The notes below the pieces were generated by a model. It had not been told where the DNA came from and ran no database searches. It saw nothing but the letters and a program-made list of their open reading frames with translations. Made by a program: the position numbers and the translations under genes. 29,583 nucleotides of DNA from Chthonomonadales bacterium (lineage in GTDB: Bacteria; Armatimonadota; Chthonomonadetes; Chthonomonadales; CAJBBX01), in NCBI GenBank assembly GCA_049967475.1, contig JBMFSQ010000027.1, positions 1 through 29,583 on the forward strand, given 5' to 3'. Positions 17,315-26,125 of this stretch are shown piece by piece (positions within the stretch are counted from its first letter, which is position 1; the number at the start of each line of letters is the position of its first letter).

Positions 17315-20281
17315 TCACGGAGCATGAACGGGGGCGCGAGGCACCACTCTAAACAGATCTATCGTGTCTACCTCCAGCGGCGATGCACCCGTCCAAAAGA
17401 CGCGCGTCTCCAGCGGCCCCCCGGGGTGATCAAACTCGATGGGATAGTAAAAGAACGTTCCAGCCGACGTGTCCGCAGTGGTGAGAGTGCGTTCCGCAAG
17501 GGTTCGGTTCCCATCGTTGGTGCATGCATCAATGCGTGCCACGTCTCCGGTTCCATGCCAGCTCCCCTTGATGCGGAAGAGCGCCACATATCGGCCCGCC
17601 GGCTCCGGCGTATAGGGGCCGAACACAATCCATCCGGGTTCGGTTTTGCCCGGTTGGGCGAACCACACGCGGTGGGATCGGGATGAGCGGTCCGCCAGCT
17701 CCACACCGGAACGGTGGGCCAGGTCGGTGGCGGTAAACGTAGCCGCCCAGCGGAGGTCTGCGTCTTTGGGGAGCGGGCCCATCACTTCACCTGCGGGAAT
17801 TACCGTAAGGCGTACGGTGGACGTACGCGTGCCCGCCGGCGTGCTTATGGCGAAGGTCACCCGGTTTGCCGTGGGAGTACCCGAAAGGGTGAAGGTGGTC
17901 GTTTCACCCGGTTTGAGGACGGCGCGAAATGGTGCAGGGTGCGCACTCTTCAATCCGGAAGTAAGACGCACCACAGCGGTCATCGGCTTCGTGATAACGT
18001 CCCTCAGGGTTACTGGGAAGGACACGGGAGTGCCCTCCAGCGTGGTGATATTCTGTGGCGCGCGCTCGAGGACCTTCAAGCGCGCCAACTCTTGTTTGTA
18101 AAGGGTAGCGAGCTGGTCCGGGCGCACGCAAACATATTCTGGGCCCAGATCCTTGAGCACCTGGCGTAGAAGGGGCAAATCCGTGAACCAGTTGAGCGCG
18201 AACAGATGCAAGAACGCCGGACGGCTGGTGGGCGTAATCCCTCGGATCTGGCTCACGAGTTCGGCAATCTGCTTTTCTCTGGGGATGTTCTCTTGCCAGT
18301 TTGTAACGGCGTGGAAGACGGGCACATTTCTGGATGTGAGCGGGTAGGTGGCCTCGTCGTAGGTGGCCACTCGCCGGCCATAATCGGGAAAGATCGCCTT
18401 GAGGAACGGGATGCGCTGCGCATATCCGGCCAGGAGATCGTCTCGGGACACGCCCATGGGCCAGATGATGGTCTCGTTCATACGGCGCATGTAGGTGCCT
18501 GTTAGGTCGAGAAACCCTTCGTACGCTTTGGCGCGGTCGGCGGGCCGGAAGCGCTTGCCGTATGCATCCGGATAGGTGTACCCCACTCCCGACACGGCTG
18601 CGAGCCAAGCGTCCCGGCGCGTGGAGGTGGCGTAGTAGTAGGCTACAATGTCTGGAATGAGCATGGAGGCTGAAGGCGACGCAGTCCATCCGAGAGCGAA
18701 GGATCCCCGCGTTTTGTCACGCCACAATTGTGGGAAGTTCCCCGCAGTCAAAACGGGCAGATTGTCTCCGTCCGAGATGACCCAGGACACGTACACCTTG
18801 CGCGGGTCGAGCTTGGGAGCCGGGGGAGCAGGCTTCTGGCGTAGGGCGGCGATGCGGATGCCTGAATGTACGCTCAAGTTGGAGCAATTGACCGATCCCA
18901 CAAGGAATTTCGCGAATTCCGCAAACAGGGTGACGCCAGGTCCTTCTCCGATGCCCACATCCTTCCCGGCCCATGGGTATCCCATCACCGGGATGTTGGG
19001 CGGCATCTTGGCCAAGAGTTCTTCCATCAAGTTCAGTTCAGCCTGGGCGTTGGCGTAGGGCCGGGCGCCGTCAATGGGCCCCGAGAGCCAAAAGATGAAG
19101 ATGCGGTTCTCCACAAGATAGTCGCGCAGCATCGGCTCGTTGGGCCACAAGCAGGCAACCACGGAGTGGCTGAGTCTAGGCCATAGAGTGTCGAAAGCCC
19201 ACCGCATCGCCTCTACATTCGTGTGCCATCGCCCGCGCAGATCCTCGACGATGGGCAAAGGCACCTGGTGCGCCATCCGCGGAGACACGACGACGGCATT
19301 CTCCAACGAGGCCAGCATGGTGGCCATATTCTTGCTCATGGGTAATGCCGGATCCGTGATGATCGCGCCGCGAATTTCGCTTCGGTAGCGCGTCAGGAGA
19401 TCCTCGGGACGCTCCACCGCATGCGTTTTGACGATCCACCGGTTCTTCAACATCCATTGGAGCCAGTGCGTGTCTGGGTCATTTGCGATGCAGTAGATGC
19501 GCGGCTTCTTCCTGTTGACGATGCCTTGAAGGGTGGCGACACAAAGCTGCCAATCAGGAGCCAATTTGCGGAAATCTATGACGTAGAGTTCGGACGCCGG
19601 CGGAGCAGATCGCGGGAAAAGATCTTCCGAGGTCTGCGGCCGAGGCCGGTATACAAGGTTGTTGGGCACACCCGACGGTACCGGCTGGGCCACCCTTTCT
19701 GCCTGATTTGAGATTACAGCCCCTTTCACGCTGTAAAGGGTCACGCGATCCAGCCGCAAACCCGCATAGCCGGACCACGCAGCTCGGATCTCGAGCTTTC
19801 CGCCGGGATATTGGAAGGCAAGAGGCACCTCTACGTATCGGTTGAGGGCGAGTTGGGTTCCGGTAAGATCTTGGCTGCGGAGGATATTCTGGCCGTAGTT
19901 CGTGCAGGCGTCCAGTGTCGCAACCGTCTCCTCACCGGCGTCATCCAGCAGCTTCATCCGATAGAAGGCCACGTAGTCCCCCGGCGGCAGTTCTATGTAG
20001 GGGCCATAAAGAAGGGTCCGCGCCGGCACGTCTCGGCCTACGGTTGCTTCCAAGGCGTGGCCGCCGAGGGCTTCAGCGTCCGGGACGATATGCCCGGTCG
20101 TATGGTTGACGCCTGGCCCGTCTGCTGCGCTCCACTCCCTCACCAGCGTATAGGTGCCGGCAGGAATACGGGCCCCCGGCGCAAGATCGCTCGTTATGGC
20201 GGGGGCAATCTGCCGGCTCGCTGCAGACGCGGCAATCAGGATGGCGGCTGATGCGATGAGGAAACTTCTGCTTAGGATCAT
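17315..20281 (-). CDS. Secreted GxGYxYP-family putative glycoside hydrolase with duplicated flanking CBM-like modules
   Basis: Signal peptide from ATG 20281. TLQGIVN..PRIY, SDGDN and SGVGYTYP (about 18569-18592) motifs. Homologous modules at the N- and C-termini. Confidence 0.85.
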   Translation of the reverse strand: MILSRSFLIASAAILIAASAASRQIAPAITSDLAPGARIPAGTYTLVREWSAADGPGVNHTTGHIVPDAEALGGHALEATVGRDVPARTLLYGPYIELPPGDYVAFYRMKLLDDAGEETVATLDACTNYGQNILRSQDLTGTQLALNRYVEVPLAFQYPGGKLEIRAAWSGYAGLRLDRVTLYSVKGAVISNQAERVAQPVPSGVPNNLVYRPRPQTSEDLFPRSAPPASELYVIDFRKLAPDWQLCVATLQGIVNRKKPRIYCIANDPDTHWLQWMLKNRWIVKTHAVERPEDLLTRYRSEIRGAIITDPALPMSKNMATMLASLENAVVVSPRMAHQVPLPIVEDLRGRWHTNVEAMRWAFDTLWPRLSHSVVACLWPNEPMLRDYLVENRIFIFWLSGPIDGARPYANAQAELNLMEELLAKMPPNIPVMGYPWAGKDVGIGEGPGVTLFAEFAKFLVGSVNCSNLSVHSGIRIAALRQKPAPPAPKLDPRKVYVSWVISDGDNLPVLTAGNFPQLWRDKTRGSFALGWTASPSASMLIPDIVAYYYATSTRRDAWLAAVSGVGYTYPDAYGKRFRPADRAKAYEGFLDLTGTYMRRMNETIIWPMGVSRDDLLAGYAQRIPFLKAIFPDYGRRVATYDEATYPLTSRNVPVFHAVTNWQENIPREKQIAELVSQIRGITPTSRPAFLHLFALNWFTDLPLLRQVLKDLGPEYVCVRPDQLATLYKQELARLKVLERAPQNITTLEGTPVSFPVTLRDVITKPMTAVVRLTSGLKSAHPAPFRAVLKPGETTTFTLSGTPTANRVTFAISTPAGTRTSTVRLTVIPAGEVMGPLPKDADLRWAATFTATDLAHRSGVELADRSSRSHRVWFAQPGKTEPGWIVFGPYTPEPAGRYVALFRIKGSWHGTGDVARIDACTNDGNRTLAERTLTTADTSAGTFFYYPIEFDHPGGPLETRVFWTGASPLEVDTIDLFRVVPRAPVHAP

Positions 20282-20340
20282 CGGTTTACTTCCAATCGTG
20301 GGTTTGTGGCGGCGGTGAGGCGCAGGAAGACGCCGCATCT

Positions 20341-21762
20341 CTATCCGGATACGGGCAACGGGTTCTTGGACACGACTTCCTGCTTGGCAGGGTCAAAGTA
20401 GATGTCCTTGCCTGTTCGGAAAGCCATTACTGAAAGCGCGATGGGGATCATCACGCGATAGGCCCGTTCGGCATTCAAGGTTGGTTCGTTGCGCGTGCGG
20501 ATGCATTCCAACCAATTGCCCATGTGGTCGTACGTGTACCGGGGCGGTACTCGGATCTCGTCCAGAACCGTGGTGTCGCCATTCTTGTGCGTCACGAGCT
20601 CCGCGCCTCGGTAGCATTCCAGCGTGTGGGCCAGTTCCAGCATATCGTTGCGGAAAGCGTTCTGCGGCCGCACGATGAGGCCCGGCCCTCCGGGAGTAAG
20701 GACTGCCTTTTGCCCGCGGATTGTGTCGGGAATGGCATCGTCGCATTCTTGGGTGCCTACCATGAAGAGAGTGCTCTGGCTAGGGTAGTCGGCAAGCATC
20801 GTGAAGAGGGTCGGAACCTCCCGATGGTCATTCTTAAGGTTGTGGATGGGCTGACCGCCCGATGCAGTTACTCGGTACGGCAGTTCATGGTTGAGGGCGA
20901 TGGCCAAGTGGGCATACACGTGGTACAGGAGATCTGTAGCCAGCCCGCCGCTGTAATCCCAGAATTTGCGGAACCGGCTGTATCGCTCGGGATCATAAGG
21001 GCGTTTGGGAGCTAAGCCGAACTTCCACCCCAACCACATATCCCAGTCCAGGTCTTTGCCAGGTTTGCAAGGCTGGATCGGCCAGTTCCAATCGCCCCCA
21101 GGGTCGTTACGGAAGGCCCCACCCTGAGCCCAGATTACGGGGCCGATGCCGCCCTGCTTTACGATGTCACCCGCAGTCCACCAATTGCCGTCGGATCCTG
21201 AGCCTGCGCCGCATTGGAGAACGCGCTTAGTGTCGGCGCTTACGCGGGCCACGTCCCTGGCTTGCTGCCAGTAGAGGGTGAGGGGCTTTTCGCAGTATAC
21301 GTCTTTCCCTGCCCGCATGGCGTCTATGGTGATGCGGCTGTGCCAGTGGTCGGGAGTGGCGATGACCACGGCATCCACACCGGGCATGTGGAGGAGTTCG
21401 CGGTAGTCCCTTGTCCCCCGGGCGCGGCCGCCTGTGTCACGAACGCGATCTTGGGTGCGCCGGTCCCACACATCGCATACTGCCACGATTTCTACATCTT
21501 TGACGCTTCGGGAGCGGGAAAGCAGGTCGAAAAAGAGGGCCGTTCCGCGGCCGCCCACTCCCACCATCCCGATGCCGATGCGGCTGTTGGCCTGAGTAGA
21601 AGCAGCACTCCGGCTATGCTTTACCGAGGCGTGTACAGGGCTTGGGTTGAGGCCGAAGGCCGCAGCTCCAGCGGCTGCAACCTTGAGGAACTCGCGGCGG
21701 GATGGAGGCTTCGATGCATCTTGAGCGGGATGAAGATCCTCCGGTTCTGGCGTGTGAGGCAT
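20341..21762 (-). CDS. Tat-exported Gfo/Idh/MocA-family NAD(P)-dependent oxidoreductase
   Basis: Twin-arginine motif SRREFLK, Rossmann motif GMVGVGGRG, IATPDHWH, YCEKP and WDYSGG. GGAGGAG RBS. Confidence 0.92.
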   Translation of the reverse strand: MPHTPEPEDLHPAQDASKPPSRREFLKVAAAGAAAFGLNPSPVHASVKHSRSAASTQANSRIGIGMVGVGGRGTALFFDLLSRSRSVKDVEIVAVCDVWDRRTQDRVRDTGGRARGTRDYRELLHMPGVDAVVIATPDHWHSRITIDAMRAGKDVYCEKPLTLYWQQARDVARVSADTKRVLQCGAGSGSDGNWWTAGDIVKQGGIGPVIWAQGGAFRNDPGGDWNWPIQPCKPGKDLDWDMWLGWKFGLAPKRPYDPERYSRFRKFWDYSGGLATDLLYHVYAHLAIALNHELPYRVTASGGQPIHNLKNDHREVPTLFTMLADYPSQSTLFMVGTQECDDAIPDTIRGQKAVLTPGGPGLIVRPQNAFRNDMLELAHTLECYRGAELVTHKNGDTTVLDEIRVPPRYTYDHMGNWLECIRTRNEPTLNAERAYRVMIPIALSVMAFRTGKDIYFDPAKQEVVSKNPLPVSG

Positions 21763-21943
21763 GGCAAAGCTCCTCCGGAATACGCGACTGTATCCATGCT
21801 ATTCCCCATTGCATGCCGTGCATCCTCCGTCCCCGGCAACTTCGCCCCCATCAGAGCGCAGGATTATGCGCCTTGCCGCCTAATCTTGATGAGAGCCCAG
21901 GCTTGTGCGCCCAGGGCATTGCTCATCAGGAGGCTGTTTTACG

Positions 21944-22870
21944 TTGGCCAACGAAACGGTTTTTAAGCGGTATGAACACAACCCTGTGGTGACCGCAGCC
22001 GCGGTGCCACGCGCAAATTCCATCCACAACAGTGCCATCGTCCGATACGGCGAGGGGTACGCCGGCGTCTTTCGGGTGGACGAGATAGACTTCAGCTTTC
22101 GCCTCCACACGGGGTTCAGCGACGACGGCATTCATTGGCGCATCAACCCGGAAGTACTCGAGATGCAGAGCCCGGACGACGAGGTCTTTGTGAGCGATCA
22201 CAGCTATGACCCGAGGCTCATGCTGGTAGAGGGAACCTACTATTTGACGTGGTGCAATTCCATCGCCCAGGGACCTCAGATCGGGCTCGCACGGACGAAC
22301 GATTTCAAGACCTTCGTTCAGATGGAGAACCCCTTCCAGCCGCCCAACCGCAACGCAGTGCTTTTTCCGCGGCGCATCAATGGGCGCTTCGCCATGCTCC
22401 ACCGGCCGAGCGACCGGGGGCACACGCCCTTCGGCGACATCTTCTATTCAGAAAGCCCTGATCTCACCTTCTGGGGGCGCCATCGGCACGTATTCGGCCC
22501 GGCTCCCGGCTGGCAATCCACCAAGGTAGGGCCGGGACCTGCCCCCATCGAGACGGAAGAGGGGTGGCTGCTCATCTACCACGGTGTCTGGACCTCTTGC
22601 AATGGCTATCTGTACTATGCAGGAGGTGCTCTGCTGGACTTGGAGAAGCCCTGGAAGGTGTTGTACCGAACCCGTGATTACCTGCTGGCGCCCACGATGC
22701 CTTATGAGCGCGTTGGGGATGTGCCCAACGTGGTGTTTCCCAGTTCGCTCATCGAGTACCCGCAGGAACGGAAAGTGCGCCTATACTACGGATGCGCGGA
22801 CACCGCCGTGGGAATGGCGGAGGCCGATCTGGACGAGCTCATCGAGTTCATAAAGACGCACAGCTTTTAG
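21944..22870 (+). CDS. GH130 beta-mannoside phosphorylase (resembles the GH130_2 beta-1,4-mannooligosaccharide phosphorylases)
   Basis: NSAIV, GVFRVD, YDPR, NRNAVLFP, RPSDRGHTPFGDI, STKVGPG, YHGV and GDVPNVVFP motifs. AGGAGG at 21928-21933 supports a TTG start at 21944. Confidence 0.92.
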   Translation: MANETVFKRYEHNPVVTAAAVPRANSIHNSAIVRYGEGYAGVFRVDEIDFSFRLHTGFSDDGIHWRINPEVLEMQSPDDEVFVSDHSYDPRLMLVEGTYYLTWCNSIAQGPQIGLARTNDFKTFVQMENPFQPPNRNAVLFPRRINGRFAMLHRPSDRGHTPFGDIFYSESPDLTFWGRHRHVFGPAPGWQSTKVGPGPAPIETEEGWLLIYHGVWTSCNGYLYYAGGALLDLEKPWKVLYRTRDYLLAPTMPYERVGDVPNVVFPSSLIEYPQERKVRLYYGCADTAVGMAEADLDELIEFIKTHSF

Positions 22871-22882
22871 CGCGAGGGCCTC

Positions 22883-22912
22883 TTGCGCCGAGTTGGCATG
22901 GTCCGCTATAAT
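22883..22912 (+). promoter_or_regulatory. Putative sigma70 promoter of rarA
   Basis: TTGCGC-N18-TATAAT (perfect -10 at 22907-22912). Confidence 0.55.
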
Positions 22913-22976
22913 TGCCTGCGGCGCTACCCGGTACGGTGGCGTGGCCGAACCGGATCCCCGTCGCAAGAGGGACACT

Positions 22977-24419
22977 ATGGCCGGTACGCGGCAACAAAAC
23001 GAGGGCGGCGAAGGCGGGCTCTTCGGCGAAGGGGATGAACCTGCGCCCGTGGGTTCTGTTGATGCCTCCATGCCTCTTGCGGCGCGAATGCGCCCCCGCA
23101 CCCTGGACGAGTTTGTGGGCCAGGAAGAGGTAGTGGGGGAAGGGACACTCCTGCGGCGGGCCATCGAAGAGGATCGCCTCAGCTCCCTCATTCTATGGGG
23201 CCCTCCGGGCTGCGGCAAATCCACGCTGGCTTCCATCATCGCCCGCCGCACCCGCGCCGCCTTCGAGCCCTTCAGCGCCGTAACCTCCGGCGTGGCGGAT
23301 GTGCGTCAGGTGATCCGCAGGGCTCAGGAACGCAGGCGCAAAACGGGGCAGCGCACGATCCTGTTCATAGACGAGATACACCGTTGGAACCGTGCCCAGC
23401 AGGATGCCCTCTTGCCTCACGTGGAGGAAGGCACCATCATTCTCATCGGCGCCACCACGGAGAACCCGTTTTTCGAGGTGAATGGCCCGCTCCTTTCCAG
23501 GTCCCGTATATTTCGCCTGGAACCGCTCACACGGGACGCCATCCTGGCGCTGTTGCGCCGGGCCTTGGCCGATAAGGATCGGGGACTGGGGGGCCGGAAC
23601 GTAGCCGCCGAGGAGGAGGCGCTGCGCCACATCGCCGATATTGCCGGCGGGGATGCGCGCGTGGCTCTCAATATATTGGAAACGGCGGTGGATGCCGTAG
23701 CGCCTCCGGATGGCGCTGGGCCCACAGGTCTGTTGACCCTCGCAGTGGCCGAGGAGGCCGCCCAACGGCGCATCCTGTTGTACGATCGGGAGAGCGACGA
23801 GCACTACGACACAATCTCGGCCTTCATCAAGTCGGTGCGGGGTTCGGATCCGGATGCCGCACTCTATTGGCTGGCGAAGATGGTTCTGGCAGGCGAGGAT
23901 CCGAAGTTCATTGCCCGGCGCCTGGTGATATTGGCTTCGGAGGATATAGGGAATGCCGATCCCATGGGCCTGGTAGTAGCCCAGGCCGGAGCCGAGGCCG
24001 TGATGTTCGTCGGAATGCCCGAGGCTCAGCTTACCCTGGCTCAGGTGACCACGTACCTTGCCTGCGCGCCCAAGAGCAACGCCTCCATGGTGGGTCTTTC
24101 CCGGGCCATGAAAGATATTCGGGAAAGGGGTGCAGCGCCGGTTCCCTTGCATCTGCGCAACGCCGCCCATCCCGGCCTGGGGCAATTCGGGTACGGGGCG
24201 GGGTACCGTTATCCCCATGACGAGCCGGACGGCTGGGTTCCCCAGGAGTACCTGCCCAGGAATGCAGCATCCGGGCCCTACTACGAGCCGGTGCCCAGGG
24301 GGGTGGAAGCCCACTTCCGCGAGCTTCTGGAGCGGCTGCGCAGCAACAGGCAGCAAAGTACGCCCGCGCATGCCCCCAAGAGCTCCGGTGGAAGCCGCAA
24401 GGACAGCTCTGAAGACTAG
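22977..24419 (+). CDS. rarA: Replication-associated recombination protein A (MgsA AAA+ ATPase)
   Basis: PLAARMRP, Walker A GPPGCGKST, Walker B FIDEIHR, GATTENP, HYDTISAFIKSVRGSDPDAA, ASEDIGNAD, PKSN and YRYPHD. ATG 22977 with AGAGGG RBS. Confidence 0.96.
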   Translation: MAGTRQQNEGGEGGLFGEGDEPAPVGSVDASMPLAARMRPRTLDEFVGQEEVVGEGTLLRRAIEEDRLSSLILWGPPGCGKSTLASIIARRTRAAFEPFSAVTSGVADVRQVIRRAQERRRKTGQRTILFIDEIHRWNRAQQDALLPHVEEGTIILIGATTENPFFEVNGPLLSRSRIFRLEPLTRDAILALLRRALADKDRGLGGRNVAAEEEALRHIADIAGGDARVALNILETAVDAVAPPDGAGPTGLLTLAVAEEAAQRRILLYDRESDEHYDTISAFIKSVRGSDPDAALYWLAKMVLAGEDPKFIARRLVILASEDIGNADPMGLVVAQAGAEAVMFVGMPEAQLTLAQVTTYLACAPKSNASMVGLSRAMKDIRERGAAPVPLHLRNAAHPGLGQFGYGAGYRYPHDEPDGWVPQEYLPRNAASGPYYEPVPRGVEAHFRELLERLRSNRQQSTPAHAPKSSGGSRKDSSED

Positions 24420-24468
24420 TAGAGACCGCGCCCTCCCGGCCAATCTTCGAGAGTGATCTGGCGAAGCG

Positions 24469-26040
24469 TCAGGGATCGGGAGGCGGTGCCGCCCCCGGAG
24501 GCGGCGGATTGGTGGGCGCGCCCTCCGGCGTTTCCGAAGGCTGAGGCTGGGAGGGCGGCGCCGGCTTCACCTTTACCGTAACCTGAGCGGTGCGGAGGTT
24601 CCCTTTGTCGTCCATGGCCCGAAGCGTGTAGACTGTGGTCTGCTGGGGCGTTACATCAAACTTACCCTTGGGCGACTTACCGCCGCCAACTCCGTTATCT
24701 ATCTCGATGGAGGAGGCGTTGGTCACCGACCACGATAGGGTGGCCTTCTCCCCTGCAAAGATCGTGTCGGGCTTGGCCCGGAAGTACCGGATCTCGGCGA
24801 TGGACACATCCGGCGGCACCACCTCCACGGTTAACGAGCGGGTAACGGCCCCTCCCGGGCCCTGCGCCGCGAGGACGTACGTGGTCGTTTGGTCCGGCTT
24901 CACCTCCTGGCTGGTGTACATGGCTGCATCCTGCGGCGTGGCGCTCAACGGATTGAGCATCACCTTCTCCGCACGCTCCACCTTCCATGAAAGCGTTACC
25001 GTGTCCCCTGCATGCACGCGTGTGCGGCTTGCTGTGAACTGTGTGATGCGGGGCCTGCCGGGCGGCGGTTTCGGAATGACGATCACAGTGACGGATCGCG
25101 TTTCGCTCCGGCCGCCGCCTCGGGCTACGAGTGTATAAGTGGTGGTCTTGTCGGGGACGACCTTATAGGAGCCCACCGGATCCTTGAGCGGAAGATTGTC
25201 CGGGCTGATGTACCCGTCCGTGAGGTTGGCGGTGTCCCATGTGAGGCGCACCTCCTCCCCTTGGTTCACCTGTGCAGGGGTTGCTGTGAAGGCCCGGATC
25301 ACTACCGGCCGGGGATGAAAGAGGGCCCATCCGGCTGCGCCAAGAAGAAGGAACACCAGCACCGCGCCGGCAAGGGGCGAAAGAAGGGCGCGGCGTTCTA
25401 ACTGCCCGTGGGCTACACAGCTTACGTAGGCGTCTTCTACACTTCGGGCAGTCACCGTGAACCCGAACAGACGCGTGGACCCGAGCACAGGACGAGTAAC
25501 GGGCTCAACCAACAGGGAGATCGCCTGTTCCTTACCTGGACCCAAGGTGATGCGGTCCGTGTCGAATTCGTAGGCACATCCGTCTTCAGGGTCCGAGGCG
25601 TACAGATCCAATGTCTCCTCGCGGTTGCCTCCGTTGGTTACGACAACCTCGAAGAGCTGGCCGTGGTGGAAGAAGGTGGACACGGCGCGTTTGGGCACCA
25701 GCTCCACCTGCAGTGAGCTGAATGGCTTCACAATGAGCGCTGCTTGCTGAACGCCGGCCTCGCCCGTCTCCATACTGCGTGCGCGCACGAGGAACGGATA
25801 CGTGCCGGCAATGTTTGCGCTGTTGCGAGCCACCTTGAACAGAACACGGGCCGGCTGCGATTGTCCCGCCTTGATGTTGAACGAGGGGACGGGCACGGCG
25901 TACCACTCGACGTCTATGCCCTCGATTTCCAGGAAAATGTGGTCGTCTTCGGGTGCGCGATTGGTGATCGTGACCGTAAGTTGCGCAGTGCCGCCTGGTT
26001 CTACCGGAACCTCAGCGGCCGAGAGATCCACCTGGATCAA
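24469..26040 (-). CDS. Single-pass membrane protein: two N-terminal Ig-like domains, TM helix, three Ig/PKD-like repeats, Pro-rich tail
   Basis: No signal peptide. TM segment RRALLSPLAGAVLVFLLLGAAGWALF. Three ~78-aa repeats after the TM. TTG start with GAAGGAG RBS. Confidence 0.8.
   Translation of the reverse strand: MIQVDLSAAEVPVEPGGTAQLTVTITNRAPEDDHIFLEIEGIDVEWYAVPVPSFNIKAGQSQPARVLFKVARNSANIAGTYPFLVRARSMETGEAGVQQAALIVKPFSSLQVELVPKRAVSTFFHHGQLFEVVVTNGGNREETLDLYASDPEDGCAYEFDTDRITLGPGKEQAISLLVEPVTRPVLGSTRLFGFTVTARSVEDAYVSCVAHGQLERRALLSPLAGAVLVFLLLGAAGWALFHPRPVVIRAFTATPAQVNQGEEVRLTWDTANLTDGYISPDNLPLKDPVGSYKVVPDKTTTYTLVARGGGRSETRSVTVIVIPKPPPGRPRITQFTASRTRVHAGDTVTLSWKVERAEKVMLNPLSATPQDAAMYTSQEVKPDQTTTYVLAAQGPGGAVTRSLTVEVVPPDVSIAEIRYFRAKPDTIFAGEKATLSWSVTNASSIEIDNGVGGGKSPKGKFDVTPQQTTVYTLRAMDDKGNLRTAQVTVKVKPAPPSQPQPSETPEGAPTNPPPPGAAPPPDP
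24563..25303 (-). repeat. Three tandem protein-level Ig-like repeats (approximate limits)
   Basis: Shared pattern I..F.A....v..G....L.W....P..TT.Y.L.A...G......TV.V.P, e.g. PDKTTTYTLVA, PDQTTTYVLAA and PQQTTVYTLRA. Confidence 0.85.
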
Positions 26041-26077
26041 CGAAGGTCTCCTTCAACAGCGGGGCATACCGGCATTC

Positions 26078-26106
26078 ATCATAGCCGGTCCCTTGCCGTT
26101 TGTCAA
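26078..26106 (-). promoter_or_regulatory. Near-consensus sigma70 promoter of the Ig-repeat gene
   Basis: TTGACA (26106-26101)-N17-TATGAT (26083-26078) on the minus strand. Confidence 0.78.
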
Positions 26107-26125
26107 TGAGGGCTGAGTGCGCCCG

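Noticed and set aside
21885..21930. CUGAUGAG on the minus strand as a hammerhead ribozyme core
   Set aside because: No GAAA after a stem II; the segment pairs in a simple hairpin instead.
22913..22976. Possible SOS (LexA) box in the rarA leader
   Set aside because: No GAAC-N4-GTTC or CTGT-N8-ACAG match with correct spacing.
23193..24443. 416-aa minus-strand ORF
   Set aside because: Antisense shadow of rarA.
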